A DNA stretch of 45,988 nucleotides from Polyangiaceae bacterium (GTDB taxonomy: Bacteria; Myxococcota_A; Polyangia; Polyangiales; Polyangiaceae), in assembly GCA_033763455.1 (NCBI GenBank), contig JANRKO010000003.1, positions 1 through 45,988 on the forward strand, in the 5' to 3' direction. A program made the position numbers and the translations under genes. The first letter of the stretch is position 1; each line of letters opens with the position of its first letter. This document shows positions 27,895 to 36,932 of the stretch, piece by piece. The notes under the pieces were generated by a model. It was not told where the DNA came from. It was given only the letters and a program-made list of their open reading frames with translations, and made no database searches.

Positions 27895-29568
27895 ATGCCC
27901 GAATTTATCTTCACGATGCAGGACGTCACCAAGGTTCATCCGCCCGACAAAAAGGTGCTGGAGAACATCCACCTGTCGTTCTTCCCGGGTGCAAAGATTG
28001 GCGTTATCGGTGCGAACGGCTCCGGCAAAAGCTCGCTGCTCCGGATCATGGCGGGGGTCGATAAAGAGTTCCTAGGCGAGGCCAAACCACACCCCGGAAC
28101 CAAGATTGGCTATTTCGCGCAGGAGCCAGATCTTGGAAATTTTACGACTGTCCGTGAAGCTGTGGACGACGCCGTACGCGAAACGAAGGCGATGCTCGCC
28201 CAGTTTGAGGAGCTCAGCATGAAGTTCAGTGAGCCAATGAGCGACGACGAGATGAATCGCCTACTTGAAGAGCAAGGAAGGCTCCAAGATCGCATTGATG
28301 CAGCGGATGCGTGGAATCTGGATTCGCGCGTCGATTTGGCGATGGAAGCGCTCAGGCTTCCGGCCTCGGAAGCAAAGCTTGAGCATCTTTCCGGCGGCGA
28401 ACGGCGGCGCGTCGCCCTCTGCCAGATATTGCTTTCCAACCCGGACATGTTGTTGCTCGATGAACCCACCAACCACCTCGATGCTGAATCGGTGGCCTGG
28501 CTTGAGCACTTTCTCAAGGAATTTCAGGGGACAGTGGTAGCCGTAACGCATGATCGCTATTTTTTGGACGACGTCGCGGAGTGGATTTTGGAGCTGGATC
28601 GTGGTCGCGGCTATCCATTCAAGGGCAATTATTCGGGTTGGTTAGAACAGAAGTCCGCACGCCTGGCGCTTGAGGAGAAACAAGAGAGCGCTCGCACGCG
28701 CAAGCTCAAGCGTGAGCTTGAATGGGTGCGTGCGTCACCCCGCGCACGCCAAGCCAAGAACAAGGCCAGGCTTTCAGCTTACGAAGAGCTAATGGCAGCC
28801 TCTAGCGAGAGTGCCTCGGAGCTGACCGAGATCACCATTCCGCCGGGGCCACGCCTCGGAGATTTGGTGCTGGAAGCGGTCAATCTGAAGAAAGCCTTCG
28901 GCGACAAGCTCCTGTTTGATAATTTGAACTTCCGGCTTCCAAGGAGCGGAATTGTGGGGGTTATTGGCCCAAATGGCGCGGGCAAGACAACCCTATTCCG
29001 TATGATTCTAAAGCAGGAAAAGCCAGATAGCGGCCAGCTGCTCGTGGGCGAGACGGTGCAGACTTCGTATGTTGACCAAAGCCGTGAGGCACTGGGCGTC
29101 AACAAAAGCGTGTACGAAGAGATCTCAGACGGCAATGAGAAGATCTTACTTGGCAAACGGGAGGTAATGGCACGTGGGTATTGCTCTTGGTTTGGTTTTC
29201 GTGGGAGCGATCAACAAAAGAAGGTCGGTAGCCTTTCGGGTGGCGAGAGGAACCGCGTACACTTAGCCAAGCTGCTCAAGAGTGGGGGCAATCTTTTGCT
29301 TCTAGATGAGCCCACCAATGATCTCGACGTCGATACACTGCAGGCCTTAGAAACAGCCCTTCTGGGGTTTCCAGGCTGCGCCGTCGTCATTAGCCATGAT
29401 CGCTGGTTCTTGGATCGTATTGCCACGCACATCCTCGCGTTTGAGGGGGAGAGCCATGTTGAGTGGTTCGAGGGCAACTACCAAGCTTATGAGGAAGACC
29501 GCAAACGTAGGCTCGGCGAAGATGCCGCACGCCCACGTCGCATTCGCTACCGTAAGTTCAGCGCCTAA
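27895..29568 (+). CDS. ettA: Energy-dependent translational throttle protein EttA (ABC-F)
   Basis: 'FIFTM..V.K','[19 protein letters not shown]', two ABC domains, '[12 protein letters not shown]', end 'RIRYRK'. ATG at 27895. Confidence 0.95.
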   Translation: MPEFIFTMQDVTKVHPPDKKVLENIHLSFFPGAKIGVIGANGSGKSSLLRIMAGVDKEFLGEAKPHPGTKIGYFAQEPDLGNFTTVREAVDDAVRETKAMLAQFEELSMKFSEPMSDDEMNRLLEEQGRLQDRIDAADAWNLDSRVDLAMEALRLPASEAKLEHLSGGERRRVALCQILLSNPDMLLLDEPTNHLDAESVAWLEHFLKEFQGTVVAVTHDRYFLDDVAEWILELDRGRGYPFKGNYSGWLEQKSARLALEEKQESARTRKLKRELEWVRASPRARQAKNKARLSAYEELMAASSESASELTEITIPPGPRLGDLVLEAVNLKKAFGDKLLFDNLNFRLPRSGIVGVIGPNGAGKTTLFRMILKQEKPDSGQLLVGETVQTSYVDQSREALGVNKSVYEEISDGNEKILLGKREVMARGYCSWFGFRGSDQQKKVGSLSGGERNRVHLAKLLKSGGNLLLLDEPTNDLDVDTLQALETALLGFPGCAVVISHDRWFLDRIATHILAFEGESHVEWFEGNYQAYEEDRKRRLGEDAARPRRIRYRKFSA

Positions 29569-29938
29569 GGCACCGAAAAAAACCGGACCTCGCCCGAGGG
29601 TACCTCCTCTGGGTCGGCGGCTATCCCTTAGCACAAAAGACCCATGTTCGAGCCGGTTCACGCTCCACGCAGGTGGCGGTGTCAACGGATTGACGCAGAC
29701 AAATCTCCATGGGTTCTTGGCTAAACCGGCAGCTGATACAGAAGTGGACCACTTCACAAGGTTCCCTGAAACCGATAGCCGCGTGGCTATACAATGCCGA
29801 AAACGGCTCACCTTTTTCTTACGTTTTTGCCGCGGATGGGCAGGCCTGTAGTCGAAAGCCTTCAAAATTCCATAGCCCCCACCATGGCAGTGCGTGCTAA
29901 GTTCACAGTTCCTGTCTGGCTTGGCCTCGGTGAACTGA

Positions 29939-30868
29939 ATGGTTGAGAGCGAAATACCAAGGGGTCCGATCGCGCGTACGGTGCGTGAAGCTCTGGATGC
30001 TGTCGTTTCTCCCGAGGTGGGGGAGCGGGTGCTGAGTGCCGCTCTCATGCGGAGCCAGCTCGCGGATGTTCCGGAAGATCCCGATCGCTTCAAGGCGTTC
30101 CTCGCCCCCTTTCGCGTGGTGGCCGAGGAATCGCTGGGGGAAGAAACAACATCGCTCTTGTTTGAAGAGCTCCATCATTTAGCCGAGCGGGCAATCACGA
30201 GCAGGTTGCCACCCCGAAACCCATCGAAGCCGAGAGTTCGAGGGCGCATTAGCAGCCCCCCCACTCGGCCCTCCTCCCAGCCGCCAGCAGCTTACCGGCG
30301 GGCCCGTGAATCGGATGCGCCGGGGGCGCCTCACTTTCGGTTAACTCCGCAGCGTATCCAGGCAATTCCCCGCTTGGCGATTCCCGATTTCGGAAGGGAG
30401 GCAGAGCCTCGGGCAACCACTCCCCCCGATTCTGCAGATCTCCCACGCGGCATGGCTCGGGCAATGGGGCTTTCGGGTTCTGATCCAAACCTTAAGCCTG
30501 CCTCAAGAGTAATTGTCTTGTGTTCTACGGACGCCAAGCTTGAGCGCGGGGTCGCTTCCTGGGTGAGTGGTCGCGCCAAGGTGCTTGTCTGCAATAACTT
30601 GTTTGGGTTGGTTTCCCTCTTGGGGGGTGACTTGCCCGGGCGAGTAGTCGTGTTTGTGGATTGCCGCCAGCCAACGTTGCGGCCCATGTCTTTGGCCGCA
30701 CTGAGTGATGATTTGCCTAGCCGGGTAGATGTGGTGCTTTGGGGCGCAACGCCTGCGCTCGTGAATGATCTGACGCAGCTGTTTGCCTCGACGCGCCAAT
30801 GGATGGTGTGCGCACCCACACTGGCTGTGGAAGCCGCGATTGAACGCTGCGTTCAGTTGATGGGTTAG
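29939..30868 (+). CDS. Hypothetical protein with Pro/Arg-rich linker and receiver-like C-terminal alpha/beta domain
   Basis: 309-aa ORF; TG-C-TAAGTT extended -10-like element at ~29895-29903. Domain call is inferred. Confidence 0.65.
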   Translation: MVESEIPRGPIARTVREALDAVVSPEVGERVLSAALMRSQLADVPEDPDRFKAFLAPFRVVAEESLGEETTSLLFEELHHLAERAITSRLPPRNPSKPRVRGRISSPPTRPSSQPPAAYRRARESDAPGAPHFRLTPQRIQAIPRLAIPDFGREAEPRATTPPDSADLPRGMARAMGLSGSDPNLKPASRVIVLCSTDAKLERGVASWVSGRAKVLVCNNLFGLVSLLGGDLPGRVVVFVDCRQPTLRPMSLAALSDDLPSRVDVVLWGATPALVNDLTQLFASTRQWMVCAPTLAVEAAIERCVQLMG

Positions 30869-30914
30869 AGCTGCCGGGGGCCTTCTCGCCGGCGCCCATG
30901 AGTTGGCGTCGGGC

Positions 30915-33722
30915 TCACTCAGCCGATGGTTGTAGCGGCTCAGCCTGCTCCGGTTGCTCTAGTGCAGTGGGCAAATGTTGGGGCGCTGCCATGGGGGAGT
31001 TGCCACGGGACAAAAGGGCGGTGCGTAGCGCCGTGAAAGGGAACAGTGGGTCTCCGGTCAGGGCCTCGACCAACTCACGCATGCGAACGGCGCCCGACGG
31101 ATCGACACGCATCATGACTTCGACAACGGTGCCCGTTCCGCGAACGTTCGCCCGTTCCAAGAGGTCGAAAGCGTCCGTTCCGCCGAGGCGAACACTGAGC
31201 ACACCTTGGCGTGCGTCAATGATCTTCTTTCCCCCCTTCACGCTGCGCTCGATCGGAGCCTTTTCGCTCGCTAGGAACGCATCAATGCGCTCCAAGAGCC
31301 AACGTGAGCCACCTTTTGCAGTGAGCGCCTTTGTATCCAGCGCGAGCAGGTAGCGTGCCTCATCAATCACACGCGTTACCGACTTTTCGGTCGCAACTAG
31401 GGGGCGTGCATCCAGGAAGAATAGGCCTCCAGCAACGCTGGCATTGAGGCGCTCCAAGAGTTCATGCGCAGGGGGAGGATCCAGCAGCTTCGCGTCTAAG
31501 TATTCGTCAAGGCTCACGATGCCCAACCCCAAAGCGGGCCCGAAGCTCATATCCGGGCGCGGATTGAAGCCTTTGGTGTAAGCCGTTCGGACGCCAGCGC
31601 GGCGAATCACGCGGGGCAACTCGCGGATGAGATCCAAATGTCCGAGAAGCGCCATCGCTCCGGTCTTGGCAAAACGAAACCGTATGCGTTCTACGCGGTC
31701 GCTGCCCGCTCGATCCGGTCGAAATTGTTCTGGGTGTTTGGGGTTTCGCGTGTCGAGCACAGGTAGCGCGATGCGTTGGTTCGGCTCTTTGGCGCCCATC
31801 TTGTCGAGCCATGCCACGCGCCGGGAGCGCATGGCCGTCATGTCGCACGCGATGCCGCAATCGTAACAAACGAGCTTGCGCTTATCCTCGGCGGCTTCGG
31901 CCACATTGGTATGGTGCACGAACATTCCAGCAACTTTGCCGCACGGTGGGCTAAGCCTATTTTTGAGGGATTTCTGATACTCGCGAGCGAGGAAGCCGTC
32001 TTCGAGGCCGATGTCGAAGTGATCCCACGGCAAGCGAGCCCTTACAGGCAACGTGCCGAGATAGCGTTCCACTTGGATCCCAAAGCGCTCGAACGCCGCT
32101 TTCCAGACGTCCATCTTGCAGTGATCGTCCCAAGAATCAAAACGAGCTCCCGCGAGGTAGGCTGCTTCAATTACATTGCCAAGCGCTCTGTCGCCCCGCG
32201 CGAAGATCCCTTCGAGCACGGTGGTGCGTGCGTCGTGGGTGCGCAGCTTGAGGCCTCGGGTCTTCTGAATTTCGCTGCGCAAGATGGCCTGCTTGCGCCA
32301 GATCTCGTCGAGCGGATCTTGAGCGCACCATTGAAACGGTGTGTGTGGCTTGGGCACGTGGGTAGAAACGCTGACGGTAACTTCAGGCCGTTTGCCCACG
32401 CGTTTGCCCACTTGAAGAGCATTTTTGCCAACGTTCACGATGCCGACCACGTCTTCGTCGGTTTCTGTGGGCAGCCCGATAATGAAATAGAGCTTCATCT
32501 TGCTGAAACCGCGCGAAAAAATGCGTTGAGCGGTTTCCATGAGCTGCTCTTCGGTCACGTTCTTATTGATCACGTCGCGCATGCGCTGCGTGCCGGCTTC
32601 TGGCGCGAAGGTGAGGCCTGAAGCTCGCACCTTTCGCATGTCGTCGAGCAAATCTTCGCTCAAGCCATACGCGCGCAGCGACGCAACGCTGAGGCTTACG
32701 CGCTCGGGCGCCGTCTTTTCAACCAACTGCTTAATCAGGGGCGAGATGCAGCTCACGTCTGCGGTAGATAGTGAAGTAAGGCTCACTTCATCTTGGCCAC
32801 TCTTTTCAAGTGCGGAAATTACAGTGTCTACCACCGTCTGCGGATCCCGTTCGCGCACCGGGCGGTAGATCATTCCTGCTTGGCAGAAGCGGCAACCTTC
32901 GGTGCAGCCTCGCGCCACTTCGATGCTCATGCGGTCGAAGATCGCCTCGGGCCCTCCCACAGGGCCGTCATCGGGGAAGGGGAAGCGGTTAAGATCCGTG
33001 AGGAGCCGGCGCACGATCGGGAAGGGCGCGTTTTTCCCTGGTTTTGGTCCCGCTGCGACTTCCAATCCGGTGTCTGCATCAAGCACGGTGTCGTACAGCG
33101 AAGGCACGTAGACGCCGCCGATCTGTGCTAGGCGCTCCAAGCGTTGTTCGCGCGGGACTCCTTCGCGCTTAAGGTCGGTCCAGAGCAGCGCAATTTCAGT
33201 TAACGCCTCTTCACCGTCACCGATCAAAATCGCATCGAAAAAAGCTGCCATCGGTTCGGCGTGGGTTCCCACCGGGCCCCCGGCAACCACTAGCGGATCG
33301 CTCTCGCCACGGTGCTCACTGCGAAGTGGCACGCCGCCGAGGTCCAGCATGTAAAGAATGTTGGTGTAAGTGAGCTCAAATTGAAGGGAAAAGCCAACCA
33401 CGTCGAAGTCTGAAAGGGGCCGGGCGGATTCGAGCGACACCAAGAGCTTCCCGTGAGCCATGAGGGCCTCACCCATATCCGGCCAAGGTGTGTAACAACG
33501 CTCGGCGAGCGTCCGAGGATCGTCGTTCAGGATCCGATAGAGGATTCGATAGCCCAGGTGGCTCATGCCAATGTCGTAAACATCGGGGAATGCGAGGCAC
33601 ACGCGCGCTTGAACGGCCTGCCAATCCTTCACCCGCGTGCCGTGTTCCTGGCCGGTATACCGGTTAGGTTTGAGAACGCTCGGCAAGAACTTGGCGTACG
33701 GATGATCGAGCAGGCTTGTCAT
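30915..33722 (-). CDS. B12-binding-like radical SAM protein (TIGR03960-type) fused to a TIGR03936/DUF2344-type domain
   Basis: 'LAFPDVYDIGMSHLG', CxxxCxxC 'GCTEGCRFCQAG', 'TFAPEAGTQRMR', 'PKPHTPFQW'; C-domain 'HLDLIR...YTKGFNPRP.MSFGPAL.LG..S..EY'. ATG at 33722. Confidence 0.92.
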   Translation of the reverse strand: MTSLLDHPYAKFLPSVLKPNRYTGQEHGTRVKDWQAVQARVCLAFPDVYDIGMSHLGYRILYRILNDDPRTLAERCYTPWPDMGEALMAHGKLLVSLESARPLSDFDVVGFSLQFELTYTNILYMLDLGGVPLRSEHRGESDPLVVAGGPVGTHAEPMAAFFDAILIGDGEEALTEIALLWTDLKREGVPREQRLERLAQIGGVYVPSLYDTVLDADTGLEVAAGPKPGKNAPFPIVRRLLTDLNRFPFPDDGPVGGPEAIFDRMSIEVARGCTEGCRFCQAGMIYRPVRERDPQTVVDTVISALEKSGQDEVSLTSLSTADVSCISPLIKQLVEKTAPERVSLSVASLRAYGLSEDLLDDMRKVRASGLTFAPEAGTQRMRDVINKNVTEEQLMETAQRIFSRGFSKMKLYFIIGLPTETDEDVVGIVNVGKNALQVGKRVGKRPEVTVSVSTHVPKPHTPFQWCAQDPLDEIWRKQAILRSEIQKTRGLKLRTHDARTTVLEGIFARGDRALGNVIEAAYLAGARFDSWDDHCKMDVWKAAFERFGIQVERYLGTLPVRARLPWDHFDIGLEDGFLAREYQKSLKNRLSPPCGKVAGMFVHHTNVAEAAEDKRKLVCYDCGIACDMTAMRSRRVAWLDKMGAKEPNQRIALPVLDTRNPKHPEQFRPDRAGSDRVERIRFRFAKTGAMALLGHLDLIRELPRVIRRAGVRTAYTKGFNPRPDMSFGPALGLGIVSLDEYLDAKLLDPPPAHELLERLNASVAGGLFFLDARPLVATEKSVTRVIDEARYLLALDTKALTAKGGSRWLLERIDAFLASEKAPIERSVKGGKKIIDARQGVLSVRLGGTDAFDLLERANVRGTGTVVEVMMRVDPSGAVRMRELVEALTGDPLFPFTALRTALLSRGNSPMAAPQHLPTALEQPEQAEPLQPSAE

Positions 33723-33836
33723 GGGGCGGTTCCCTCTACGTTTTGAGCGGGCGAAGTGCGCGAGTTCTACGGGCAAAGTGACGTTGCGGCAACTTCTGGC
33801 CGTACGCACGAGCTTTGTGCCAAGCTCCGCTCCCCC

Positions 33837-35150
33837 ATGACCCCCAAAGGCCCCATTTCGCTCGAACCCCTCCGGCATGCTCCCGACCTCAGCTGGCGGG
33901 TGCCCGGCTCGAAAAGCATTACCAATCGAGCCCTCATTCTGGCCGCACTTGCAGCGGGCGAATCGGAATTGGAAGGAGTCCTCACGAGCGACGACACCGA
34001 GCACATGCAACGCGGGCTCTCTGCGATGGGCGTGCGCTTCGAGTCCACAGGGCCTACTGGGCTAAAGGTGCAGGGCGGGCTCGAAAAGCTCCGTGCGCCG
34101 ACTGAAAGTGTGTTTGTGGGTAACAGCGGCACTACGGTGCGATTCCTCACGGCTCTTTCAGCGCTGGTTCCTGGAACCACCACGCTTTTTGGCGACGAGA
34201 ACATGGCCAAACGCCCGATTGCCGATCTCGTGGAAGGTCTTCGCCAGCTTGGGATAGATGTGGTTTGCCCAACTGGGTGCCCACCGATCACCGTGCGTGG
34301 GGGAAGCTTTAATGGAAAGAGCGTGAGCATGCGTGGGGATCGCTCCAGTCAATATTTCTCGGCGCTGCTAATGGCTCTCGCGGGTGCGCCTGAACCGGTG
34401 CACGTACAAGTTGAGGGGAGCTTGGTGAGCCGCCCGTACGTGGAGGTCACGCGGAGAATGGTGGCCGCTTTTGGTGGCAAGATCGAGAGCGATGGCACTG
34501 GGTTCTGGGTGCACCCGGCGCGCTACGTGGGCCAAAAGTACGTGATTGAGCCGGATGCTTCGTCTGCAAGTTATCCGTTTGCTCTGGGAGCCGCGAGCGG
34601 CGGGAAGATTACGGTGCCGGGGCTTGCTGAAGGCGCATTGCAGGGGGATTACGCGTTTCTAAACGTTCTTGAACAGGCGGGCGCCCAGGTCGAGCGGTCG
34701 AGTGGTGCCACAACGGTGAGCGCCCCAGGAGGCCTCCGCGGCATTCATGTGGATATGCACAACATTTCTGATACTGTAATGACGCTAGCAGCCTTGGCGC
34801 CAACGTTCACCGGTCGCACCACGATCGTCAATGTTGCCAACATTCGTATCAAAGAAACAGACCGCTTAATCGCCACGGTGAATGAGCTCCAACGTCTGGG
34901 GCAAAAGGTCGAACACGGCGAAGATTGGCTAAGCATCGAGCCTCAACCCATCCGGCCAGCCACTATTCACTGCTACGACGATCACCGCATGGCGATGAGC
35001 TTTGCGATGCTCGGTCTATTGCGTCCCGGCATCACCATTGAAGATCCGAGCTGCGTCACCAAGACGTATCCTACGTTCTGGTCAGACGTTGCGCGGGCGT
35101 ACCGCGCCCAAGGTCAAACGGTGCCTTGGGCAGAAACAGTTTCAGGTTAA
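33837..35150 (+). CDS. aroA: 3-phosphoshikimate 1-carboxyvinyltransferase (EPSP synthase)
   Basis: 'VPGSKSITNRAL', 'GNSGTTVRF', 'SSQYFSALL', 'EPDASSASY', 'RIKETDR', 'DDHRMAMSF', 'KTYPTFW'. Confidence 0.97.
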   Translation: MTPKGPISLEPLRHAPDLSWRVPGSKSITNRALILAALAAGESELEGVLTSDDTEHMQRGLSAMGVRFESTGPTGLKVQGGLEKLRAPTESVFVGNSGTTVRFLTALSALVPGTTTLFGDENMAKRPIADLVEGLRQLGIDVVCPTGCPPITVRGGSFNGKSVSMRGDRSSQYFSALLMALAGAPEPVHVQVEGSLVSRPYVEVTRRMVAAFGGKIESDGTGFWVHPARYVGQKYVIEPDASSASYPFALGAASGGKITVPGLAEGALQGDYAFLNVLEQAGAQVERSSGATTVSAPGGLRGIHVDMHNISDTVMTLAALAPTFTGRTTIVNVANIRIKETDRLIATVNELQRLGQKVEHGEDWLSIEPQPIRPATIHCYDDHRMAMSFAMLGLLRPGITIEDPSCVTKTYPTFWSDVARAYRAQGQTVPWAETVSG

Positions 35151-35201
35151 CTGGTTCCAACGGTCAGGCCGATTGGGCATTCGTAGGCAGTCGCGGCCAC
35201 G

Positions 35202-35777
35202 TCAGCCAGAGTTGGCTTTGTTGCGATGCCGAGTTCGCAATTGGTCGAGCAAGGAGTCACGATTGGGTGGGCAGGCGACCACTTTGGCGGGGCGGTTGCT
35301 GAGGCTCTTTCGGGCCTCGGTACCCGTCTTTTCGGCTGCAGACTCAGCGCTTGCGGGGGCTTTTGGCTCGGCTCTCGTGGGAACGACGGGGGCGCGACTC
35401 TCTGCGAACGTTTCGTGGGCGTTCATTACGAGCGAAGGCGGCGCGCTTCCCGGCAGCGGCCGCTGGCTTGCGCGCCGCGCGCGAAGAACGGTGAGGATGA
35501 ATTCTTTGCTGCTCGGTGTTACCCGTCGGATCTTGAGCTTTGGCCCGCCGGGCCTTGACCCTTGAGGGGGCACGTAGCCGTCTACTTCGCCCTCGATGCG
35601 AATTAACTGCAATCCAGACGACAAGAGAATTTCGCAGCGCACCAAGGTACCCGTGGTTAGCTCGGCCTCGCCTACGGCGATGATTCCGTCCTTCTGGATC
35701 GCCCAAGCCTCAGCCGCGATGAACTCCACCTGGGTTTGGTAGGGTCTAACAACACGGAGGACGTGGGGTGTGCTCAT
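35202..35777 (-). CDS. Hypothetical protein with a degenerate TIGR02266/PilZ-like N-terminal domain
   Basis: 'Y....EFI......I...GII........GTLVRCEILL..G..LIR.EGEV...G.KLKI' follows the strand pattern of the 14402 PilZ protein but lacks RxxxR and (D/N)xSxxG. Confidence 0.6.
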   Translation of the reverse strand: MSTPHVLRVVRPYQTQVEFIAAEAWAIQKDGIIAVGEAELTTGTLVRCEILLSSGLQLIRIEGEVDGYVPPQGSRPGGPKLKIRRVTPSSKEFILTVLRARRASQRPLPGSAPPSLVMNAHETFAESRAPVVPTRAEPKAPASAESAAEKTGTEARKSLSNRPAKVVACPPNRDSLLDQLRTRHRNKANSG

Positions 35778-35786
35778 GGTATGGGA

Positions 35787-36731
35787 CTATGCCGTTGCGA
35801 AGTCCTCGTCAGTGATCTCATCGTCCACAATAGCGGAGTCTTCGTTTTCGTCGAACTCCATCCAATCATTGCCCTTACCTTCGCCGTCAGCCGCCTCTTG
35901 CGTTGGGTCGGGGATGGGGGCGGCGGCCGGCGATTCTTCCGCAGCAGCTGCGGGGGCCGCGGCAGGGGATGCTGCAGCTGGGGCTGGCTTGGCTTCTTCC
36001 GCCGGGGGCGCGGGGGGATCGGTGTAGCCGTGGGCCTGCGCGATCTTGGGGAGCACCGCTGACTCGAACAAGTGAACGAGCGGTATGTATTCCACCAACG
36101 TTTCCGGTGGCATTGCGACAAGGAGGTCACTGTCTGAGAATGGCCGCCCGCCGTGACCGGCTGTGAGGGCTTGCTGAATAATCTTGCCGAGCTCGGCCTT
36201 GGGCAAACGAACGGCAAGCTCCGCGACGGTTACACCTTCCACAATGTCCCGGTGCGTGAGCAGCTTGTCCGTGAGGGCGCGCTCCAGCATGTACGCCATA
36301 TGGCGCTTGGCGATCGCGTACTCTTCCTTCTTGCTCAAGGTGGCGTTCCAAAATTCGCCTTCAGTCAAGAATGCCCATAGCTTCCGATCATTTAGGTAGC
36401 GCACTCTATCGTCAGGCGCGAAGACAGAAATGATCGCCGCGGCGTCCGCTTCACCCTCAGTTAAGGCGATCAACAAATCTTCCCCCGCCGATTGCCACGA
36501 CTTCTTCATAGCGATCTTCTGCTTGAGCCCCGTCGTGTGTTCGAGGATCTGTCCACGTAGCTCAGGCTTGCTAGCGAGGCCTTCCATAATCGTGGCTGGC
36601 GGGAAATGCCGGATGAAATCCTCGGCGGAGCGGCGCCCAATTTGGAAAGCGTGCTCAATCATATGGGCCAGAAACTTCTGCCGGCCTTCGGGCAGCTTGG
36701 ATTCGAATGAGCCCGTTGATGCGTCAGCCAT
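35787..36731 (-). CDS. Hypothetical helical-repeat protein with acidic C-terminal tail
   Basis: 314 aa; strong RBS (AAGGAG) upstream; internal repeats; Ala/Pro and Asp/Glu-rich tail. Confidence 0.8.
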   Translation of the reverse strand: MADASTGSFESKLPEGRQKFLAHMIEHAFQIGRRSAEDFIRHFPPATIMEGLASKPELRGQILEHTTGLKQKIAMKKSWQSAGEDLLIALTEGEADAAAIISVFAPDDRVRYLNDRKLWAFLTEGEFWNATLSKKEEYAIAKRHMAYMLERALTDKLLTHRDIVEGVTVAELAVRLPKAELGKIIQQALTAGHGGRPFSDSDLLVAMPPETLVEYIPLVHLFESAVLPKIAQAHGYTDPPAPPAEEAKPAPAAASPAAAPAAAAEESPAAAPIPDPTQEAADGEGKGNDWMEFDENEDSAIVDDEITDEDFATA

Positions 36732-36932
36732 GAACTTATCTCCTTGAGCGGGAACGCGCTCGTCGCAGTTTCCATACGTGCGAAGCCGAGGAAACCTTAA
36801 CCCGCTTGCTACACCCTCCGGCGTTCAGCTCGCAACCACATTCGTCCACTTTCGCGCACGCTTGCGCTCGCTTCTCACCACACCCTACGTAAGCGCGCGG
36901 GCTAGCTTGGACATGCATTTCGGCGGCAAAAG

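Noticed and set aside
31776..32621. 281-aa + strand ORF
   Set aside because: Antisense shadow of the radical SAM gene.
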